From: an uncultured Candidatus Saccharibacteria bacterium | GTDB taxonomy: Bacteria; Patescibacteriota; Minisyncoccia; Minisyncoccales; Staskawiczbacteraceae | Length of the DNA: 45,601 nt | Reading direction: 5' to 3' | Assembly (NCBI GenBank): GCA_964567205.1 | Contig: CAZMKW010000002.1 | Location: 1-45,601, forward strand | In this document: piece by piece, positions 16,243 to 24,251 of the stretch | How positions within the stretch are numbered: the first letter of the stretch is position 1 | How the letters are laid out: each line of letters opens with the position of its first letter | Program-made: the position numbers and the translations under genes | Notes under the pieces: model-generated | Seen by the model: the letters and a program-made list of their open reading frames with translations, nothing else | What the model was told of the DNA's origin: nothing | Databases searched by the model: none

Positions 16243-18462
16243 TTACTGCTGACACAGCGCTCCGGTTGTAGGATTATAAATAGCTCCCGCTGTGCACCCA
16301 GTGATTAGTGATGAAGTTTGGGTTGTTTTTCCTAACCAATTATCTATCCCCGCCTGCCACAAAGAATATTGAGGGTCTGTTTGGGGGTTTTCTGGTTGCG
16401 ATCCTAAAATATTATTTTTATTAACATAATATAAAATGGTGCGATTATTGTTTGATGGTATTTGTCCCATCAATGCGGGGCTTCTATTTGTGATAGGATT
16501 CGGCGGAGTAAAATTTTCAATAGGATTTGATGAAACTATTTTTTCCATAACCTTATTCCACATAGGAGCCGCTATTCCGACACCCTCGTCATTTGTTGGA
16601 TGGTTATTATTATTACCCGTCCATACGCCTACAACTGCGAAGGGGGTATATCCCATTGTCCACCCGTCAACAAAATTTTGAGTAGTTCCTGTTTTAGCAG
16701 CTACTTGATATCCTGGTAAATACAATGGAGAGTTGGCGCCAAAAACCGGAGCTCTAGCGTTATTATCAGAAAGAATATTATTTATTTGTCTCGCAGTTTG
16801 TGTGTCTAAAACCTTTGTCGGCTGGCCCTGGTTTTGCTCAATAATATTACCGGCAGAATCAGTTATTTTTAAAATACTTACCGGAGATAGATAATTACCC
16901 TCTGTTGCAAAAACTCCATAAGCAGAAGCCATTTCCAATAAATTAACATCTCCTCCTCCAAGTACTAAAGATAATCCATAATTATTAACATCTGTGAGCG
17001 TTGTTATTCCAAAATCCTTAGCTGTTTTTAGGGTGTTTGAAATTCCGGCTAAATAAAGAACCTTCACGGCTGGTATGTTTAATGAACAGTCGAGGGCTGT
17101 GCGTAGGGTAACCGCCCCCCTATTTCTTCCGTCATAATCTTGCGGATTATAGCACGCCTGTCCATATATATCCGTTTCAGCGTTTCCGCCAGGGTCACAA
17201 TTAGGATTAAATTCGGTTTTTACATCCCATACAATAGTATCTGGGGTTAAGCCTTTTGCAAGGGCGGTGGCATATGCGAAGGGCTTAAAAGATGATCCAG
17301 GTTGTCTTTGTCCCATTGTGGCTACGTCATATTTAGGATCAAACAAACAACTTCTCGTTGCTGTTTCATCACAACCCTCAGGATAAGGGGCGGCAAAATA
17401 ATCTTTAGACCCTATTAGCGCTAAAATTTGGCCATTTCTCGGGTCAATAACAACCATAGCGGCGTTATTGGCGCCCTTACTTAGGTTTGTTTTATCCGCA
17501 TCTTTTATAACCTGTTCTGCATATTCTTGAATATCCCAATTTAAGGATGTATATACCCTAAGGCCTTTTTCTTTTAAATAATCTTCGCCATATTTTTCAT
17601 CCAGATATTTTTTAACATACAAAACAAAATCGGGCGCCTTTATAGACATTTTACTTTTTGAAAAGTTTATTTTTTCGTCCTTGGCCGTACCCAATTCCTC
17701 TGGAGTAATATACCCAAGCTTCTCCATTTTTTCTAAGATAATATTTTTTCTTTGTAGAAGTTCTGCTTTATTCGGACCATAAGGAGAGTAATAACTTGGA
17801 GCCGGGAGCATGGCGGTTAAAACAGCTGCCTCGGCCAAAGAAAGGTCTGATGCCGGCTTATTAAAATAAGTTTGACTGGCGGCCTCCGCTCCGTAAGCAT
17901 TTCCCCCAAAGGGGATTTCATTTAAATACCATGTAAAAATTTGGTCTTTAGAATATCTTCTTTCCAGCTCTATACTTAAAACAATTTCTTTGATTTTTCT
18001 TGCAATACTCTTTTGGTTTGTGAGATACACGGATTTTATTAATTGCTGGGTTATAGTTGATCCGCCCTGGTTTCTAGATTGAGAAGTTAAATCAATCCAT
18101 GCGGCTCGCATTATACCCCCAAAATCCACTCCTCCGTGCTGGTAAAATCTGGAGTCTTCTGAGGCTAAAACGGCGTGTTTTAAATTATCTGAGATTTTGT
18201 CGAAAGAAACTATCTCCCTTTTTTCTTCTCCATAAATATCATATAAAAGAACCTTGCCGGTGTTGTCATAAATTTTGGTTGACTGTATAAATGGTGTTTC
18301 TGTAAACTTTTCCGGCCGTGGGAGATCCCAAGTGTAATAAACAAACAATGCTAAAAGTAATAAACATCCGCCCAAAAATAAAAACGCCAAATATTTTCCG
18401 GCAGTAAGCAGTGTTTTTTTGTTTATTTTTTTATAGAGGTTTTTAATATTTTTTATTTTCAT
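16243..18462 (-). CDS. Class A penicillin-binding protein (glycosyltransferase + transpeptidase)
   Basis: 739 aa with an N-terminal TM anchor. GT51 motifs 'EDSRFYQHGGVD' and 'GGSTITQQL'; transpeptidase 'SSFKP' and 'KTGTT'. Confidence 0.9.
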   Translation of the reverse strand: MKIKNIKNLYKKINKKTLLTAGKYLAFLFLGGCLLLLALFVYYTWDLPRPEKFTETPFIQSTKIYDNTGKVLLYDIYGEEKREIVSFDKISDNLKHAVLASEDSRFYQHGGVDFGGIMRAAWIDLTSQSRNQGGSTITQQLIKSVYLTNQKSIARKIKEIVLSIELERRYSKDQIFTWYLNEIPFGGNAYGAEAASQTYFNKPASDLSLAEAAVLTAMLPAPSYYSPYGPNKAELLQRKNIILEKMEKLGYITPEELGTAKDEKINFSKSKMSIKAPDFVLYVKKYLDEKYGEDYLKEKGLRVYTSLNWDIQEYAEQVIKDADKTNLSKGANNAAMVVIDPRNGQILALIGSKDYFAAPYPEGCDETATRSCLFDPKYDVATMGQRQPGSSFKPFAYATALAKGLTPDTIVWDVKTEFNPNCDPGGNAETDIYGQACYNPQDYDGRNRGAVTLRTALDCSLNIPAVKVLYLAGISNTLKTAKDFGITTLTDVNNYGLSLVLGGGDVNLLEMASAYGVFATEGNYLSPVSILKITDSAGNIIEQNQGQPTKVLDTQTARQINNILSDNNARAPVFGANSPLYLPGYQVAAKTGTTQNFVDGWTMGYTPFAVVGVWTGNNNNHPTNDEGVGIAAPMWNKVMEKIVSSNPIENFTPPNPITNRSPALMGQIPSNNNRTILYYVNKNNILGSQPENPQTDPQYSLWQAGIDNWLGKTTQTSSLITGCTAGAIYNPTTGALCQQ

Positions 18463-18519
18463 ATTGTGCTTATTTTTATTATTTTTTGTGGCAATACCGC
18501 GGATTGCCGGCTCTCACAG

Positions 18520-18529
18520 CCCCCCCCCC
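18520..18529 (-). repeat. Homopolymeric G10 tract (C10 on plus strand) in the PBP gene leader
   Basis: Ten consecutive C at 18520-18529, about 58 nt upstream of the PBP start codon. This sits just downstream of a minus-strand TTTTAC-N17-TATAAT promoter-like pair (18566-18571 / 18543-18548). Confidence 0.9.
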
Positions 18530-18607
18530 ACGGCATTTTTATATTATACCCCTAAAAAATATTTCGTAAAAGAAAGACGAGTGCCCAGATTCATATGCTA
18601 TCATTAA

Positions 18608-18637
18608 ACAAAAAAACCGTCCATAGGCGGTTTTTTT
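18608..18637. terminator. Bidirectional rho-independent terminator
   Basis: The hairpin core ccgtcc-ata-ggcgg sits within aaaaaaaccgtccataggcggttttttt, flanked by A- and T-runs. Confidence 0.65.
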
Positions 18638-18656
18638 GTTTAATAAACAATTTTAC

Positions 18657-18812
18657 TTATTCTTCTTCTGCCGGTGAGTCATCGTCGTCGACAGCTACTT
18701 CGTCATCTTCCTCTTCTTCTTCATCGCTATCTGTATCCAAGTCGTCGTCAAAATTACTGTCTTCGAGGTCTTCGTCTTCGTTGATAAACCTAGTTAAAAA
18801 TTCCTCTTCCAT
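18657..18812 (-). CDS. Hyperacidic 51-aa protein (unknown function)
   Basis: Not in the track (<60 aa). Minus-strand translation: MEEEFLTRFINEDEDLEDSNFDDDLDTDSDEEEEEDDEVAVDDDDSPAEEE. About 30 of 51 residues are D/E. It is preceded by a strong promoter and followed by a terminator. The plus-strand Ser-rich ORF 18595..18834 is its mirror image. Confidence 0.45.
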   Translation of the reverse strand: MEEEFLTRFINEDEDLEDSNFDDDLDTDSDEEEEEDDEVAVDDDDSPAEEE

Positions 18813-18903
18813 TTTTTTTATTTTGTCCCTTTGATAAGTTCAGTTGTCCACTGGACTTATTAAGAGGGCCAATAATTTATATATTACCTATCTGTTGCCC
18901 TTT

Positions 18904-18931
18904 ATTATATTTTTTCACAAACTATTGTCAA
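18904..18931 (-). promoter_or_regulatory. Sigma70-like promoter (TTGACA-N16-TATAAT) on the minus strand
   Basis: Plus-strand tgtcaa at 18926-18931 and attata at 18904-18909. It would give a ~85-nt leader for the acidic ORF. Confidence 0.5.
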
Positions 18932-18985
18932 TACCTCTTTTTCCACAAGTCGTAAAAAGGTTTTTTATAAAAATAAAAGAGGATA

Positions 18986-19489
18986 TTAATATGTTTTTAT
19001 TGCGGCGCAAATTGCCACCCCAATGGCGTCAAAAGCGTCGTCTTTTTTGCGGTTATTCTTTTTTAAATCAAAGTGTCTTATATCGACAGTTTTTTTAATC
19101 ATTTCTTGAACCTGTTTTTTTTCTGCCCGGCCGTATCCTGCAATAGTCATTTTCATTTGTAGCGGAGTAAACTCGAAAATCCGTAATTTTTTTTCTGCAG
19201 CTGCCAATAATATTACCCCCTTGGTTTGGCTCACAGGCATTACGGTTTTAAGATTTTTAAAAAAGAATAAATTTTCAATAGACATAACGTCCGGTTTATG
19301 TTTTTCTATCAGTTTTGTTATTTCTTTGTATATTTTTTTTAATCTTTCGCCCGTTGTAGCAAATTTATCTGTTATTATGCAACCAAAATCGACAACCTCA
19401 AAACATTGGTCCGGGTTGCCCGTGGGCCGTTTTTTAATAATAGAGTATCCTACTATTACTGACCCTGGATCGATTCCAATAATAATCAT
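18986..19489 (-). CDS. ruvC: Holliday junction resolvase RuvC
   Basis: 167 aa. Has 'MIIIGIDPGSVIVGYSII' and the RuvC-type acidic catalytic positions. Confidence 0.9.
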   Translation of the reverse strand: MIIIGIDPGSVIVGYSIIKKRPTGNPDQCFEVVDFGCIITDKFATTGERLKKIYKEITKLIEKHKPDVMSIENLFFFKNLKTVMPVSQTKGVILLAAAEKKLRIFEFTPLQMKMTIAGYGRAEKKQVQEMIKKTVDIRHFDLKKNNRKKDDAFDAIGVAICAAIKTY

Positions 19490-19495
19490 GAGTGA

Positions 19496-20221
19496 TCAGT
19501 TTTTGATATTTGAGTAAATATCGTTTACGGCGTCATTCTCGTCTAGAGCCTCAAAAAGTCTTTGAGTTTGTTCTTTGTCCTTTTCTGAAAGCTCTACTTC
19601 TTCTTTTGGAACTAAGTCTATGGAAGTAGAATCAATTTTTAATCCCTTATCTTCTAATGTTTTTTTAGTTGCCTCCAGTTCTTCTGGCTTTGTATAAACT
19701 TCTAATATGTCTTCTTGCCATTTAACATCTTCTGCCCCAGCCTCAATAGCCGCCAGCTCTAATTCTTCTTTCTCTTTGTTTTCTAATAAAATAGCTATAA
19801 CTCCTTTTGCATCAAACATCCATCGTACTGCTCCCTCTCCCGCCATTTTCCCGTTGTTTTGGTTTAGTGTGGTTTTTATTTCGCCTAGCGTCCTATTTGT
19901 ATTATCTGTAATTCCATTAATTATTAGGGCAATTCCTCCGGGGCCGAACCCCTCATAAGAAACGGACACCAAGGCTTCACTGGCCAATTCTCCTGTGCCT
20001 TTTTTAATTGCCCGATCGATATTATCCTTGGGCATGTTCATATTTTTAGCCTGTTCTATAATGGTTTTTAGTTTTGAGTTTTTTTCCGGGTCTCCAGATC
20101 CCCCGCCCTCTTTAACGGCTATTGTAATAAGTCTGCCATATTTAGAATATATTTTACCTTTTTTTGCGTCATTGGCCATTTTTGTGGCCATAACTGTTTT
20201 TGCATGACTATGTCCTGACAT
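19496..20221 (-). CDS. yebC: YebC/PmpR-family transcriptional regulator
   Basis: 'MSGHSHAKTVMATKMANDAKKGKIYSKYGRLITIAVKEGGG..DPEKNSKLKTIIEQAKNMNMPKDNIDRAIKKG' matches the family. I start at the internal Met (20221) rather than the track start 20245. Confidence 0.85.
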   Translation of the reverse strand: MSGHSHAKTVMATKMANDAKKGKIYSKYGRLITIAVKEGGGSGDPEKNSKLKTIIEQAKNMNMPKDNIDRAIKKGTGELASEALVSVSYEGFGPGGIALIINGITDNTNRTLGEIKTTLNQNNGKMAGEGAVRWMFDAKGVIAILLENKEKEELELAAIEAGAEDVKWQEDILEVYTKPEELEATKKTLEDKGLKIDSTSIDLVPKEEVELSEKDKEQTQRLFEALDENDAVNDIYSNIKN

Positions 20222-20288
20222 ATGAACGAAGTGAGCACTCAGCACTAATTTCCGTGGTTAGTTTTTAAGGTCACACTTACAAAGGAAA

Positions 20289-21299
20289 TTAGTGTTGGGT
20301 TTCTCGTTTATTGCGAAAAACTCGAAATTTAATAAATAATACAGCTCCAGCTAAAAGTAAAGTTATCGCCAAAACAGTAAAAAATAAAAACCAAGGATTT
20401 TTTGTGCTATGAAATATTTCTTGATTCTTAAGTGTGTTTTGGCCAACATTTACCAGGCCGGCGACGGTATCCTCTTTTTTAACAGAAATATTTTTATTTG
20501 ACAAGGTTTTTGTATCAACAACAATATTTTTAGTTCCTGCGGTTAGGACCGTGCTCCAGGCCCACGACCCAATAATTTTGTTATAAGATTGGCCTAAGGG
20601 GGCTTTTATATAACTTACAGAATCAATAATTTTGCCGTCTGGTGTTAATAGATTTATCCCATCTTCATCATTATTCAGCATTATTTTTGTTTCGGGCCTT
20701 TTGAAAACTAAAAATCCATAGGATAGAATTTTTGCCTGTCCTGAGCCTGTCGAAGGGGTTTCTTTTTTAATAGTGTGTGTTTTCGTTGTGCCGGTTGTGT
20801 CCTGGATTTTCCAACCCGATAAGTCAACCTCAAAGCTGTTAGAGTTATATAATTCAATCCATTCATCAGTTTCATCCGGTCCTTCGGGGTTTGGTAGAAT
20901 TTCATTTATAAATATGCCAGAGGGGTAAGGTGCTGTCTCTGTGGGGTCGCTAGGCGCGTCAGCTGGCTCTGGGGGATCGGTTTCTGCAGGGACGGTGTTT
21001 TGTACCACTGCGATATTTTCATCTTGTGGCGAGCCCCCTGAGACATAAGCTAATCCCTGGTCTTTTATTTTTTGTAATGTTTTTTCTCCGATACCGCTCA
21101 CCCTTAATAAATTATCAACCGAAGAAAATGGCCTTGCGTCAATAATCGCCTGCGCTTTTACAATTCCAATTCCCGTCAGTGTTTTTAACTGCTGTAGTGA
21201 AGCTGTGTTTATCTCCACCCTATCTGTGGCCAAGATAAGACTCGGATAAAAAAATAAAATAAAAAGAAAAATAAAAATAAAAAGAAATACTTTTTTCAT
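20289..21299 (-). CDS. ComEA-like helix-hairpin-helix DNA-binding protein fused to a lamin-tail domain, with C-terminal TM anchor
   Basis: 336 aa with a signal/TM N-terminus. HhH 'INTASLQQLKTLTGIGIVKAQAIIDARPFSSVDNLLRVSGIGEKTLQKI'; LTD-like 'IFINEILPNPEGPDETDEWIELYNSNSFEVDLSGWKIQD'; hydrophobic C-terminal helix 'WFLFFTVLAITLLLAGAVLFI'. Confidence 0.75.
   Translation of the reverse strand: MKKVFLFIFIFLFILFFYPSLILATDRVEINTASLQQLKTLTGIGIVKAQAIIDARPFSSVDNLLRVSGIGEKTLQKIKDQGLAYVSGGSPQDENIAVVQNTVPAETDPPEPADAPSDPTETAPYPSGIFINEILPNPEGPDETDEWIELYNSNSFEVDLSGWKIQDTTGTTKTHTIKKETPSTGSGQAKILSYGFLVFKRPETKIMLNNDEDGINLLTPDGKIIDSVSYIKAPLGQSYNKIIGSWAWSTVLTAGTKNIVVDTKTLSNKNISVKKEDTVAGLVNVGQNTLKNQEIFHSTKNPWFLFFTVLAITLLLAGAVLFIKFRVFRNKRETQH
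20734..20756 (-). repeat. In-frame copy of a short CCTTCGAC...CTCAGGACA-type repeat element inside the comEA-like gene
   Basis: The plus strand gcctgtcctgagcctgtcgaagg reads on the coding strand as ccttcgacaggctcaggacaggc, encoding 'STGSGQA'. It is related to the two uvrB insertions and to the intergenic copy at 39182-39195. Confidence 0.6.
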
Positions 21300-21384
21300 A
21301 TTCTCTAATTATATAATAAAAATAGTTGACAAAATAGTTGCAGGGCGTAAACTGAAGAAAAAGATTATTAAATTAATTAAAAAT

Positions 21385-21633
21385 ATGGCAAGACAAGAAA
21401 GAGAGCCACAACAAAATGAGCCTCAAGCAGAAGAGCTTGATGTTGAAAAATTAGATGTAGAAACTTTAAAAACTGAAATAAAAAGAAGGCAAGATATTAT
21501 AGACCGAGGCGCAGAGTTTAGCAGAGAATTCGGCGTAAATTTAAGTGATAATAATTATTTACAAGATGCTTATTTAGAAAGAGATAAGTTTCAGGCCGAA
21601 TTAGATAAAAAGGGTGATAAATCAGAAAAGTAA
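21385..21633 (+). CDS. Hypothetical acidic coiled-coil protein
   Basis: 82-aa ORF with an upstream TTGACA-like box and a downstream terminator. I recognise no family. Confidence 0.4.
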   Translation: MARQEREPQQNEPQAEELDVEKLDVETLKTEIKRRQDIIDRGAEFSREFGVNLSDNNYLQDAYLERDKFQAELDKKGDKSEK

Positions 21634-21653
21634 TTTTTTAGGACCCTTAAATT

Positions 21654-21678
21654 AAAAACCGCCCTTCGGCGGTTTTTT
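21654..21678. terminator. Bidirectional rho-independent terminator
   Basis: aaaaaccgcc-cttc-ggcggtttttt. Confidence 0.75.
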
Positions 21679-21679
21679 G

Positions 21680-22693
21680 TTAGAATAAATTGCTTTGCTT
21701 TTTTAAATGTTTTAAATCTAAGTGCTCGTAGGCTAAGTTTGTGGCAATGCGGCCCTTGGGAGTTCTTTCTAAAAGTCCACATTGCATTAAATAAGGCTCA
21801 TAAATATCTAAAACGGTGTCTTCTTCTTCCATGGCAGCAGCTGATAAAGATTGTAATCCTACCGGCCCGCCGTTAAATTTTTCAATTAAGGCTCGCAAAA
21901 TATTTCTATCAGAAGGGTCTAACCCCATCATATCTACCTCTAAGGAGTCCAGCGCGTGTTCTGTTATCTCTTTTGTGATTACGCCTGCATTTTTAACTTG
22001 CGCAAAATCTCTCACTCTTTTTAAAAGCCGGTTGGCAACCCTTGGGGTAAATCGCGAACGCTTAGATATGGCTTCTACTGCCTCGGGCTCTATTTGTATT
22101 TTTAAAAGTTTACCAGACCTTTCTATTATTTTTTGTATATCTTCTTTTGTATAAAAATTAAGCTGGAAAGTGGCGCCAAAACGGTTTCGTAACGGAGCCG
22201 ATAATAATCCGGGTTTTGTTGTGGCCCCAATTAATGTAAATTTTGGCAGTTTTAGTTCCATTGTTCTTGCCATTGGCCCTCTGCCCAAAATCAGATTCAA
22301 TTTATAGTCTTCCATGGCGGGATACAAATATTCTTCGATAGTTTTATTTATCCTATGGATTTCGTCTAAGAATAAAACATCTCCTTCTGATAAATTTGTT
22401 AAAATTGCAGCCAGGTCTCCCGCCCTTTCCAGTGCTGGGCCGGAAGTGACCCTTATTGTTTTTCCCATTTCGTTTGCTACAAGGTACGCTAGGGTGGTTT
22501 TTCCTAATCCTGAGTTTCCATAAAATAGTAAATGATCTGGGCTCTGGCTTCTTTGTTTGGCGGCTGTTATAATTACCTGTATGTTTTCTTTAATTTTGTC
22601 TTGGCCAACATAATCTGACCAGGAATTAGGCCTTAAAGTGGAATCTAACACATCTTCCTCTTTTTTTGGTTTTTCTATTATTGCACTTGACAT
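21680..22693 (-). CDS. ruvB: Holliday junction branch-migration ATPase RuvB
   Basis: 337 aa. Has 'LRPNSWSDYVGQDKIKENI', Walker A 'GNSGLGKTTLA' and 'LFLDEIHR'. Confidence 0.95.
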   Translation of the reverse strand: MSSAIIEKPKKEEDVLDSTLRPNSWSDYVGQDKIKENIQVIITAAKQRSQSPDHLLFYGNSGLGKTTLAYLVANEMGKTIRVTSGPALERAGDLAAILTNLSEGDVLFLDEIHRINKTIEEYLYPAMEDYKLNLILGRGPMARTMELKLPKFTLIGATTKPGLLSAPLRNRFGATFQLNFYTKEDIQKIIERSGKLLKIQIEPEAVEAISKRSRFTPRVANRLLKRVRDFAQVKNAGVITKEITEHALDSLEVDMMGLDPSDRNILRALIEKFNGGPVGLQSLSAAAMEEEDTVLDIYEPYLMQCGLLERTPKGRIATNLAYEHLDLKHLKKQSNLF

Positions 22694-22774
22694 AAGCTAT
22701 ATATGGTGATATAATTGAAAATATTAAGAGTTACAATTAAAATATAACATTTTAGTAGTAAAAGGTATATACGT

Positions 22775-22909
22775 AAACAGCCCTAGAATTGGAGGTATTT
22801 ATTTGGATTTATCTTAGCTTCGGATAATTTTGCTCCGGCTCAATTATTCCTCAGATAAATCTTTCTTTATGTCCCAGACATAAAAGTACCTCCAATTCTA
22901 GGGCTGTTT
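22775..22909. repeat. 135-nt palindromic element (three-way-junction fold) between pilB and ruvB
   Basis: There is a 23-bp perfect outer stem aaacagccctagaattggaggta (22775-22797) / tacctccaattctagggctgttt (22887-22909). Inner perfect stems are gatttatct (22806-22814) / agataaatc (22853-22861) and tttatgtc (22866-22873) / gacataaa (22877-22884). Confidence 0.8.
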
Positions 22910-22926
22910 TTGTTTTTAAATATTCC

Positions 22927-24249
22927 TTATATTTGTTCCTCGTCTTCTTCAACAACTCGGGCAACCTCATCAAAGGTTGTTTTTCCTTCTATAATATCGA
23001 TTAATCCGGATTGGTACATTGTTACCATCCCCTTTTTTATGGCTAAATTTCTAATTTCAGAAACCGGGGGATTGGTCAAAATAAATCTCTCTATTTCAGA
23101 ATCTACCAAAAATGCCTCAAACAACCCTTGTCTTCCTCGATACCCCGTAAAATTACAAGCGGGGCAACCCCCATCCTTTACTTTTGCAATCTGTATTTTT
23201 TCTAAATTAGGAATTTTTATCGAAGAAGGCAGCCCCTTTAATCCCTTTTTAATTTCTGATAATTCTTTTGTGGATGGCTTTATCAGCGTTGAGCATTTTT
23301 TACAAACTTTTCTAACTAACCTTTGAGCCACAGCCATTTTTAATCCAGAAGCAATGGTGGCTGAATCGGCACCAAGATCCACTAGTCTGGGAATGGTTCC
23401 GGCCGCGTCATTTGTATGTAAAGTAGAAAGAACCAGGTGTCCGGTTAATGACGCCTGTAAAGAAATTTTTGCGGTTTCTAAATCTCTAATTTCACCAACT
23501 AAAATAACGTCCGGGTCCTGCCTTACAATTGATCTTAATCCGTCTGAAAAATCATATCCTTTTTCCGGGGACACTTGTGTTTGAGAGATCCCTTTTAAAT
23601 GATATTCAATTGGGTCTTCTATTGTGATAATTTTAATCTCCGGATTCTGTATTTTTTTTAAAAAAGCATATAAGGTCGTCGTTTTTCCGGAACCAGTTGG
23701 TCCGGTGACGATTATCATTCCATTTGGTTTTGTAATTTCTTTTTTAAAAGTTTTATAAAGGTCGTCTCTTAATCCTAAGTCTTCCAAAGAAATTAGGCTT
23801 TTTGGATTTAAAATTCTCATCACAATAGACTCTCCGTATTCGGCTGGTAAGCTGGAAGTTCTTACTTCAATAAGAGATTCTCCAACCCCAATTGTAAATC
23901 TGCCGTCTTGGGGTTTATCTGTGATATTTAGTTTTAGTTTTGAAAGAAGTTTTAAGCGGCTAAGTAGGTGATGGTATGTGTCGTGGCCAAAAAAAACAAC
24001 ATCCTGCAAGATGCCGTCTAGTCTTATTCTAAGCCTCGCCTCTTCTTCTTGCGGCTCAATATGGATATCAGACGCGTCAAGGATTATCGCCCCATACAAA
24101 ATAACGTCTAAAAATTCTGTAACATTTCCAACAAGATATTCTTCTATCTTTTTTTTAAATCCGCTGATATCTTTTACTTGGCTGGTCACCTCCTCAATAA
24201 TTTTTGGGGAGATTGCCACGCTTCCTAATAATTTTTTTGTGTCTTCCAT
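22927..24249 (-). CDS. pilB: Type IV pilus / type II secretion assembly ATPase (PilB/GspE family)
   Basis: 440 aa. Has 'DASDIHIEP', Walker A 'GPTGSGKTTTLYA', 'DPDVILVGEIRD' and a tetracysteine motif 'CKKC...CPAC'. Confidence 0.9.
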   Translation of the reverse strand: MEDTKKLLGSVAISPKIIEEVTSQVKDISGFKKKIEEYLVGNVTEFLDVILYGAIILDASDIHIEPQEEEARLRIRLDGILQDVVFFGHDTYHHLLSRLKLLSKLKLNITDKPQDGRFTIGVGESLIEVRTSSLPAEYGESIVMRILNPKSLISLEDLGLRDDLYKTFKKEITKPNGMIIVTGPTGSGKTTTLYAFLKKIQNPEIKIITIEDPIEYHLKGISQTQVSPEKGYDFSDGLRSIVRQDPDVILVGEIRDLETAKISLQASLTGHLVLSTLHTNDAAGTIPRLVDLGADSATIASGLKMAVAQRLVRKVCKKCSTLIKPSTKELSEIKKGLKGLPSSIKIPNLEKIQIAKVKDGGCPACNFTGYRGRQGLFEAFLVDSEIERFILTNPPVSEIRNLAIKKGMVTMYQSGLIDIIEGKTTFDEVARVVEEDEEQI

Positions 24250-24251
24250 AA

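Noticed and set aside
18595-18834. 79-aa Ser-rich plus-strand ORF
   Set aside because: It is a low-complexity mirror image of the minus-strand acidic ORF (GAA/GAC codons read as TTC/GTC). It spans the bidirectional terminator and has no promoter, whereas the minus strand has promoter, start and terminator in the correct order.
18844-19098. 84-aa plus-strand ORF between the acidic gene and ruvC
   Set aside because: It overlaps the 3' end of ruvC antisense and covers the minus-strand promoter and leader. It has hydrophobic/basic junk composition.
20222-20245. Eight extra N-terminal codons of the YebC-family ORF
   Set aside because: The family starts with MSGHSKW-like sequence, and the internal Met at 20221 reproduces this (MSGHSHAKT).
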